Shown here in pieces: positions 32,988 to 40,273 of a DNA stretch of 64,000 bases. The stretch's first letter is position 1. The number at the start of each line of letters is the position of its first letter. Source of the stretch: an uncultured Prevotellaceae bacterium (GTDB lineage: Bacteria > Bacteroidota > Bacteroidia > Bacteroidales > Bacteroidaceae); assembly GCA_963517315.1 (NCBI GenBank), contig CAUQEF010000008.1:11454-75453 (forward strand), in the 5' to 3' direction. A program made the translations under genes and the position numbers. Under the pieces are notes generated by a model that was given only the letters and a program-made list of their open reading frames with translations, was not told where the DNA came from and did not search any database.

Positions 32988-35318
32988 TTAAAACTCCCAA
33001 GTGAGCAGGAAACGCACATCGCTGCCGAGGTCGTGGGCGTAATAGCGGAAGCGGTTGGTATATTCGCGGTATTCGCGGTTGAAAAGATTGTCGGCCGTGA
33101 GCAGGAACTTGATTTTGCGTCCGTCGGGCAAGACCCAATTCACGCCGGCCTCCGCACCGAAGAGATGATAGGCCGCGGGGGTGAAGGCGATCAAGTCGGT
33201 GGCGGGATCGAAATGTGTTTGTTTCGCCACATATTTGTGCGAGGCCTTCACATAGAAGTCATGCAAGTGCGCCACGCTGCCGAGTCGGAGCGTCACGGCG
33301 TCGGAGAGTCGGAAGGAAGGGATGAAGGGCAGCGGCTTTTGCTTCGCGCGGTCGTCGGCGCGCACCCACGATGCACCGCCTTCTACCGTCAAACGCGGCA
33401 AAACTTGCCATTTGGCTTCGGCATCGACGCCGCGGAAGAACGCATCGGTGGCGCGATATTGGAAAACGGGGTAAGCGCCCGACACCATCGTGATGACTTC
33501 CGAGGTGGGCGCGTCGAAGATGTAGTTGTCGATCCACTGCACATAGCCGTCGACCGAGGCCGAGAAGCGCGGACGCGAGAAGCGGAGCGACGTAACCCAC
33601 TTCGTGCTCACTTCCGGCCGCAAGCCGGCATCGCCGCGTGCGAAGAGTCCGCTCGAATGCTCCACGCCGTTGCTGTACAACTCGTGGACGTGCGGCGCGC
33701 GCCAGGCCGATCCCACATTGGTCAGTACGTCGAGTCCCGGCAAGACGTGGGCGTGCGCACCGAGGGTGTAGGTGACATTGTTATAATGGTCGAGTTTCCC
33801 GTAGGGGCGGCCGTAAAGATCGATGCCGCGCGCGTTGAGGCGCTGATGGTCGAGGCGCGCGCCGGCTTCTGCGCCCCATTCGTTGCCGGAATACTTCTGA
33901 ATGGCGAAGACCCCGGCATTTTGCTGCACATAGTTCGGAATGATCGGCACCACGCCCGTGCCCGGCGTGTTGGTGTTCTTGACATTGGCATAGAACAGGC
34001 CGGCTTCCGTCGTCCAGTGGTCGGCATACGACTGTTGCCAGCGGCCGTCGGTTTGAAAACTCTCCAACTGCAAGTCGAGGGTGGGCACGTGCGAGCGGAA
34101 GTTGCGGCGCTGGTTGAACTCGCGGCGGTCGTCGTGCTGATAGGCGGCTTGCCATTCGAGCGTGCCGCCCGTGGGAAGGGCGTAGCGCGTGTGGAGTTTG
34201 GCCACTTGGTGCACCACTTTTTGGTAGGGATAGTCGATTTGGCGCGTCCAAGGGTAGACTTCCGTCGGGCGGCCGATGCGAATGCGTTCGCGCAGCAGTT
34301 GTTCGTCGCCCATCTGCGCACTGAACAGTACGCTGATGCGGGTGGAGAAGAGGCTGTAATAGGCATCGGCTTCAAAGCGGTCGCGTTTCCACCCGAAAGC
34401 CACCGAACCGTTGGCTTCGCGCAGGCCGGTGTTGTTGAGCAGATAGCGTGCCGTGGAACGATCGCCGCCGTTGATGTACGTGCCCTGTACGCGCCACGCC
34501 GCACGGCCGCCCGCCAAGGGCAAACCCGCGTCGGCCGTTCCGGTCAGGGCGAGGCGTCGGCCGTTGCTGCCGTAGAGCGCCGAGACGTTGCCTTGGGGCT
34601 GCGAACGCATATAGGGGAGGGCTTTGCCGTCGAGTTGGATCACCCCGCCGAGGGCTTCCGAACCGTAGCGCACGGCCTCTGCGCCTTTCACCACATTGAT
34701 GCGGCCGGCTGTGTTGGCGTCGAGTTCGGGCGCGTGATCCACGCCCCATTGTTGTCCCTGCTGGCGCACGCCGTTGTTCATGATGAGCAGACGCGTGCCA
34801 TACATGCCGTGGAGCACCGGTTTTGCGATGGTGGCGCCGGTTTGCACCATGCTCATTCCTTTGATCTGTTCGAGGGTGGAGGCAAAGGAACTGCCGAGAT
34901 TTTTCTGCACCTCCGCTGCCGAGAGCGTTTGCGTGGCAGTATTGCTCGAGTGGACGATGCGTCCGGTCTGCACCACGGCCTCGTTGAGGCGGTTGGTCAG
35001 GGCGGTGAGCGCCACGCGTAGAGGGCGGTGGCTGCGCACCTCGTCGATGGCGATGCGGCGGTCGACATAACCCACGGCGCTCACCGTGAGACTGTCGCCG
35101 TGGAGGGCTTTCTCGTTGAGCACGAGCAGACCGGCGGCGTCGGAGCGCCACAATTGACTGCCGCGGCGCACCACGGCGCCCGAAACGGGGAGACCGGTGT
35201 CGCGATCGGTGATGAGCAAGCGCGGCGCACCCACCGGTTGGGGTTCGGCGGCGCGCACGCCGGCGGGAATGACCGCGGCGGCGCAGAAAAGAAGGCTGGG
35301 AATAAGAATCTTGGACAT
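32988..35318 (-). CDS. TonB-dependent receptor (probable metal-ion transporter)
   Basis: Signal peptide, plug motif KPVLHGM..QQWGVDHAPE..VVKGAEAVRYGSEALGGVI, DNLFNREY, terminal W-E-F; start uncertain (35318 or 35366). Confidence 0.92.
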   Translation of the reverse strand: MSKILIPSLLFCAAAVIPAGVRAAEPQPVGAPRLLITDRDTGLPVSGAVVRRGSQLWRSDAAGLLVLNEKALHGDSLTVSAVGYVDRRIAIDEVRSHRPLRVALTALTNRLNEAVVQTGRIVHSSNTATQTLSAAEVQKNLGSSFASTLEQIKGMSMVQTGATIAKPVLHGMYGTRLLIMNNGVRQQGQQWGVDHAPELDANTAGRINVVKGAEAVRYGSEALGGVIQLDGKALPYMRSQPQGNVSALYGSNGRRLALTGTADAGLPLAGGRAAWRVQGTYINGGDRSTARYLLNNTGLREANGSVAFGWKRDRFEADAYYSLFSTRISVLFSAQMGDEQLLRERIRIGRPTEVYPWTRQIDYPYQKVVHQVAKLHTRYALPTGGTLEWQAAYQHDDRREFNQRRNFRSHVPTLDLQLESFQTDGRWQQSYADHWTTEAGLFYANVKNTNTPGTGVVPIIPNYVQQNAGVFAIQKYSGNEWGAEAGARLDHQRLNARGIDLYGRPYGKLDHYNNVTYTLGAHAHVLPGLDVLTNVGSAWRAPHVHELYSNGVEHSSGLFARGDAGLRPEVSTKWVTSLRFSRPRFSASVDGYVQWIDNYIFDAPTSEVITMVSGAYPVFQYRATDAFFRGVDAEAKWQVLPRLTVEGGASWVRADDRAKQKPLPFIPSFRLSDAVTLRLGSVAHLHDFYVKASHKYVAKQTHFDPATDLIAFTPAAYHLFGAEAGVNWVLPDGRKIKFLLTADNLFNREYREYTNRFRYYAHDLGSDVRFLLTWEF

Positions 35319-35852
35319 GCAAATAAGGGATACAATGGGCAGGAAGCTCCGCAGTGGTCGAGCCATTGCGGGGCAGTGGGAGAAGGCGTTACGGGGTGGG
35401 GCGTTTTCGTGCGGCGGGCGACTGCCGGCGGCTGTTGTCCCGCGCCGGACTGCGTGGTGCAGGGCGCATGGGGAGAGGACATCTCGGCTTTCCCTGCCGA
35501 TGAGGGAGAAAGAGCGCGGGGGAGGAGGGCGCAAAGATTTCACCGGAGGCGAAAGAACCATGCGCCCCCTTCTGCCGTGCGCTCACTGAGGTGGCGCGCC
35601 GAGAGGACGAAGGGAGGCCTGTGCGAACTGCCGCCGACGAGGCGCTTCTTCCGATACGCCGGTTACAGCACAGGAGAATACGGCGTGCAGCCCGACTCCG
35701 GTGACCGTCAGAAGGCGGGAGTGCGGGCAATGAAGCCGTGCGACATCTCATCGGCAGGCCGTTTTGCGCAGAAGGGAGAACGCAGTGAATCTACATTGCG
35801 CACTCACGCAGCGGAAACGGGCGAACGCTGAAAAGAAAAAGGGGAGAAAAAA

Positions 35853-36335
35853 CTAAACGTGGGGCGGCCCGCGCAACACTGCGCGTTCCGTCACCGTGTG
35901 ATAGACCGAGGGGCTATCGCTGAGAAAGGGTGTTTCTGGTGTGGAAACGAAAAAACAAAATTGGGCAACCGTGGGAACGGTGTAAGGGGAGGGCAGGAAA
36001 TGACAAATGCTGCAATGGCGATGCTTGTCGCCCGAGTCTTGTCCCTGTTGATCGTTGTGATGTCGGCATTTGGCCGCTTTTTTGCCCACGCCTTGGGGCA
36101 AGGCGGTCGTGCCACTTGCGCTGCGAAGGCCTTGCCGTGCGGCTTGTGCCGCGGCTTCGCGCAAGCAGTCGAGACACACCGTGGCGGTGCCCTGAGCGGC
36201 GGTCTCTACCGTGGTGTAAGTCGGCACACTGTCGTGGTAGTGAAGGGACTTCACCACCAATTGAGGCAGCAGGGCGAGGAGCATGATCCAAGCCAGTGCC
36301 ACTTGACGACGGAGGGTGCGGAGCTTTGCTGACAT
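35853..36335 (-). CDS. DUF2946/CruR-like upstream ORF with CxxC motifs and C-terminal RGPP putative arrest motif
   Basis: N-terminal hydrophobic helix then HYH, CLDC, CRHH, HRHCSICHF, ending LRGPPHV-stop; directly upstream of a TBDT. Confidence 0.78.
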   Translation of the reverse strand: MSAKLRTLRRQVALAWIMLLALLPQLVVKSLHYHDSVPTYTTVETAAQGTATVCLDCLREAAAQAARQGLRSASGTTALPQGVGKKAAKCRHHNDQQGQDSGDKHRHCSICHFLPSPYTVPTVAQFCFFVSTPETPFLSDSPSVYHTVTERAVLRGPPHV

Positions 36336-36342
36336 GTGTGCG

Positions 36343-36350
36343 CAAAGTTA
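36343..36350 (-). promoter_or_regulatory. -7 element (TAACTTTG) for uORF-TBDT operon
   Basis: Consensus match 7 nt before ATG 36335. Confidence 0.72.
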
Positions 36351-36447
36351 GGGAGGAAAGCGCGAAAGAGCAAACGGCAGGATGAAAAATGTGTTGTTTT
36401 TCACCGCATTTTGCGACGTTGGGAGCATCGCGTGCGTCATTGAGCCG

Positions 36448-36530
36448 AAAAAAACGTGGGCTTTTCGGAAAATAGTTGTGGACTTTCGACAGAAAGTGGG
36501 GCGCTTTTTCTGCTTTCTTCCCTACTTTTT
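36448..36530. repeat. 21-bp-period degenerate palindromic array
   Basis: Half-sites at 36461, 36482, 36503, 36524. Confidence 0.75.
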
Positions 36531-36615
36531 CTCGCTCGAAGAGTAGTGAGCGGCACGCCATGGAGTGGTTTGTCGAAGTTTCGGGCGTGTGGTGGTCTTT
36601 CATGGTGGAGGAAGA

Positions 36616-36656
36616 CAAAGACGGCTCAGACAAATATATTGTCTGAGCCGTCTTTG
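36616..36656 (-). terminator. Strong hairpin downstream of small peptide gene
   Basis: CAAAGACGGCTCAGACAA-atata-TTGTCTGAGCCGTCTTTG perfect 18-bp stem. Confidence 0.75.
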
Positions 36657-36781
36657 CAGAGCGCAAGGCTGTTTTGTTTTTGAAGCCCGAGATCATTGGG
36701 GTGCGAAATGAGTGGTTTCCGCACAACAATGGGCACAACCTGATGGCGATGCGCTCATGGTAAAAACCGGATGGGGTGGGA

Positions 36782-36982
36782 TCAGAAATCCGTGAAGTCG
36801 CCGAAGCCGGTGGTGGCATCGTCTGTTGATTCGGCTTCTCCCCAAATGGGATTGACATAGTCCTCTTGGGTGAGCACCTGTGTCTTTTTCGTAATGTTGA
36901 GCCCTCCCATAGAAAGAGTGTTCATTACGGGTTCAGCATTGAGCTTAATTTCTCGGAGGGTAGGGGTGGTGTAGAATTTCAT
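36782..36982 (-). CDS. 66-aa MKxYxxP-type small peptide
   Basis: MKFYTTPTLREIKLNAEPVM...NPIW...; paralogous to 37909-38076; followed by a hairpin. Confidence 0.7.
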   Translation of the reverse strand: MKFYTTPTLREIKLNAEPVMNTLSMGGLNITKKTQVLTQEDYVNPIWGEAESTDDATTGFGDFTDF

Positions 36983-37503
36983 ATGTAGGATGAGTTTTAT
37001 GGCAGAATGATTTTCGGTGCGCGCGGCTGTCTTGAGTTGGGAGTCGCTTTGCGAATGCCGGGTGCACCGGTATAAAAACTTTTTGTTTACACGAAATGCT
37101 TGATACCACAGTATGGCGGTATGATATACGAATGGCGAGCAGCAACTGCAGCCGAAAGGTTATTTTCCGAGCACTTGTTGATCCGTACCTTATTGGCAAC
37201 TGTTGCTATTGCTGGAGAGAGTGTGCAAAACGTGGGCATTGGAGTCGGAGAATGCCCGTTGCGACGAAAAGGACTGCGGAAGTGCTGTTCTCTTTATGGC
37301 AGAGGGTAGTCGGAATCAGAGCGAATTCCATGGTGCATCCTGCAACGAGAGAAAACGTGTGGTAACAAAGGAGACTCCGAAGCCGTGCTATACCCTTGTT
37401 GGACTTATTTTTCTATGATAATAGATAAATGCTTTTCGCGAATATAAGTGCTATCGTTGTAATGACCAAGTTTGTCGGGCAACGATGTCGCGTTTATTTG
37501 GCA

Positions 37504-37583
37504 AAAATGTGCCATTTGCTTAGTTACACCTATCATTTTACATGTTAAAACGAGGACTTTGCTCAAAAGTTGGGGAGTTTTTC
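37504..37583. repeat. 21-bp-period degenerate array
   Basis: T-tracts at 37514, 37535, 37556, 37577; core GGACTTTGCTCAAAAGTTGGGGAGTTTTT. Confidence 0.6.
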
Positions 37584-37728
37584 AGATGGCTCGCCAAAAA
37601 CATTTCTACAAAAGAGGATATGCTGGTTTAAGTAATGCAAGATCTCGACTTTTCCTACCCTGTGCATGTTGTGCCACTGTGTGTGGGGAGAGTAAGTGCT
37701 GCGGTATGTCCTGCGCATCGTTGGGCAA

Positions 37729-37768
37729 TAAAAAAAAGCGTCCACTGACCTGAAGGTGAGTGGACGCT
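37729..37768 (-). terminator. Intrinsic terminator of T9SS cargo/peptide operon
   Basis: AGCGTCCACT..AGTGGACGCT stem followed by a long T run on the minus strand. Confidence 0.85.
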
Positions 37769-37908
37769 CGAATTTGAACTTTTCTGTGCACGCTAATTGA
37801 AGTGACGTGGGAAAAGGTGGGAGTGTTTACATTTTCTTGCCGCGGGGCTGCTCAATTTTCGCTTCGCTCATTGGAATGCCTCGCGCGGCTGATAGAAAAC
37901 ATTGAGAA

Positions 37909-38076
37909 TTAGTCTTCGTTGTTGTTCCAAATGTCGCTGCCGAGTTGTTGCTCGGGAGTATGCTGTTGTCCGGGCTTCATCGTTCCGCTACCGGGCTTGG
38001 CTTCGAGCGAACTACTGAGCATCGTCTCCGTGTGGAGAACAACATCTTGAATCTGGGGTGCAGAATACTGTTTCAT
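37909..38076 (-). CDS. 55-aa MKxYxxP-type small peptide (absent from ORF track)
   Basis: Manual translation MKQYSAPQIQDVVLHTETMLSSSLEAKPGSGTMKPGQQHTPEQQLGSDIWNNNED; ATG 13 nt after the upstream stop. Confidence 0.75.
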   Translation of the reverse strand: MKQYSAPQIQDVVLHTETMLSSSLEAKPGSGTMKPGQQHTPEQQLGSDIWNNNED

Positions 38077-38089
38077 ATTGATGTCATGC

Positions 38090-39817
38090 TTATTTTTGAA
38101 CGAACTTTTTACCGTTCTTGACGTAAACTTGTCCTTTGACGAGCGATTCTACGCGGCGGCCGGCGAGGTCGAATACTTCCTCTTTGGCTTCATCTACGGT
38201 AATACCTTCAACAGCGGTGGGAAGAACGAAGGCCGTGGGGAAGAACTCCTGCGTGCCTGCACCGTTCTTGTAGATCACGGCTTTGAAGGCGCGAACACCG
38301 TCTTCCAAGGGCTTGAATACCAAGCTACCTCCTTCAACCGTGAGGCCATAGGCGTTGGCGAGATTCTCGTTAGAAGAAACAGCGTAACCTTTCAAAGCGT
38401 TGTCTGAGATCGGAGCGGCGTTGGCAATCTTTTTAACGGTGAAAGTACTGTTGGGCGTGCCTTTGCGGAGCAACACTGCGGTCTCGGCCGGAATCTGCTT
38501 AGTGCTTACTTGTTTGAACTTGACAAGGTTGTTTTCGTCATTGAACTTACCGGCGTATACTTCAACGTCTGCGGGTACTTCAACGGCGGTGGGGGCGTAG
38601 AAGGAAACCAAACCGAGTTCGTCGGTCTTCAGCTCAAAAGTGTTCGCTTCTTCAAGGAAGAGGTGGCTCTCCGACTCATTCGCCGTAAGGGAGATACCGG
38701 TGTTGCGATCGAGCTTCACAAACTTGTCGCCGACTTTGATGCTGTAGCTACCGGCATCCAACACCTTCTCAAGCTTACCTTGTGCAATCAGCGATTGTTG
38801 TTCGTTTTTAGCGAGCTTGTAATCGTATTTTCCGAGTGCGAAGCCATTGTCAAGTCCCGTGAGGTGCTGTCCGTCAAAGAAGAAAACAGCGGCTTCACTC
38901 TTCTGGGTGGTCAATGTATATCCATTTTCTGTGGCTTTGAGATACTTCGCTTCCAAGGGAGCACCACCGGCAGCCGCATCGATATCTACGCGAGTGCCTT
39001 TCCTTTTTGCGTTCTCGCGAACGGCGTTTTCGTAGATCGACTTTGTAGAAATCGTTACGTAAGTTCCTGCGCTCGGGAGATTGATCTTAACAGCGTTCTT
39101 ACCTTTCTCCAATCTTTCTAACTCGCTGTATACATTTTGGGCGCTGAATCGTTCGTGGCCCTCCAAGTAAAGGCGATAAGTTGCATAATCCCAATCCACG
39201 GATGAAATGCTCGTAGGACGAGGGTATTGACCGAGTCCATTTCCAATAAACTCGTTATCTTTATGCTGATCAAGATAGCGATGAGCTTGGAAGAGGGCAA
39301 AAGCATTCAATGTTTTTTCTGCTTTTTCCAGAATCTCTGCAGGAACGGTTCCGAATTTTCCTTCATACTCGAACACAGCATCCGCACTATGGGTTGTTTC
39401 CAGAGTGAGTTGACCATTTTTGTTCGTGAGAAACAACGGTTTACCCTGAGTTGTTTTCAGATAATGTTTTCCGTCAATCGTAACATATTCGAAGAATTTA
39501 TAGGGCTTCCATGTTCCGATTGTACCATTTTCACTGTATTCAATCGATTCATAATCGTCCGGATCCGTTTTACTCACAACCAAGATCGAGAGTTTATCCT
39601 CCGTAGAACTTGCGTCCGGTTGGACCAGATTCGCTTGGGACTTGTCTGCTACACAAGAAAATTTGTGATTGCTACTCATTGCAAGGTAGCCATTCCCAAT
39701 TTTGAAGTAGTACTCTTTCGTTACATCTTGGAAAGGATGTTTTTCCGCCTTTCCCTTCATCGTTCCCATTCCGAACAGAAGAGTGATCAGAAAAAGCAGG
39801 AGGTAATTTTTTTTCAT
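38090..39817 (-). CDS. Secreted protein of unknown function with short T9SS-type C-terminal domain
   Basis: Signal peptide MKKNYLLLFLITLLFG; C-terminus TAVEGITV..VFDLAGRRV..KGQVYVKNGKKFVQK; -7 element TATATTTG at 39939-39946. Confidence 0.85.
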   Translation of the reverse strand: MKKNYLLLFLITLLFGMGTMKGKAEKHPFQDVTKEYYFKIGNGYLAMSSNHKFSCVADKSQANLVQPDASSTEDKLSILVVSKTDPDDYESIEYSENGTIGTWKPYKFFEYVTIDGKHYLKTTQGKPLFLTNKNGQLTLETTHSADAVFEYEGKFGTVPAEILEKAEKTLNAFALFQAHRYLDQHKDNEFIGNGLGQYPRPTSISSVDWDYATYRLYLEGHERFSAQNVYSELERLEKGKNAVKINLPSAGTYVTISTKSIYENAVRENAKRKGTRVDIDAAAGGAPLEAKYLKATENGYTLTTQKSEAAVFFFDGQHLTGLDNGFALGKYDYKLAKNEQQSLIAQGKLEKVLDAGSYSIKVGDKFVKLDRNTGISLTANESESHLFLEEANTFELKTDELGLVSFYAPTAVEVPADVEVYAGKFNDENNLVKFKQVSTKQIPAETAVLLRKGTPNSTFTVKKIANAAPISDNALKGYAVSSNENLANAYGLTVEGGSLVFKPLEDGVRAFKAVIYKNGAGTQEFFPTAFVLPTAVEGITVDEAKEEVFDLAGRRVESLVKGQVYVKNGKKFVQK

Positions 39818-40273
39818 CTGCGTTTAGCTTTATGAGTGATACATTGAAAAATTAATAGGTCGCGAGAAATGGAAAAAGAAATGATGAAACTTCAGCCGAA
39901 AAGTCAAATGGGCTTCTGTTCTGTTCTATTTTTCGCGGCAAATATATGAATTTATTGTCTGATGCGACAAAAGTTTCTCGCTAAAAAGGAGATAAATTTC
40001 TGTATGCTCCGTGTTTTGTCATTGAAAGGCCTGGAAACGCCCTCTTTTTGCGATTTATTGCGAGCAGTGTCCCGCAAGTTTGTTTTTTTAGCGATCAATA
40101 GTTGCGCGCATCAACAAGAGGAAAGATCTGTTTTACGAAAAGACAATGCGAGCGGGCACCGTAGTGCTCACTCGCATAGCAGGTTCGATCCTTATTCGGC
40201 CCTTGGGGGAGAAAATATCGGATTCGCTTAAGGATTTTTTGAAGTATCTTAGAGGTGAGGCTTCAACAAGCCG

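Noticed and set aside
35319..35852. Cobalamin or TPP riboswitch ahead of the TonB receptor
   Set aside because: No convincing B12-box or TPP core (CUGAGA) arrangement seen by eye; an Rfam scan would settle it
36782..38076. Calling the micro-peptides a lasso-peptide cluster
   Set aside because: No cyclase, leader peptidase or RRE gene in the window; only the leader-like motif is supported
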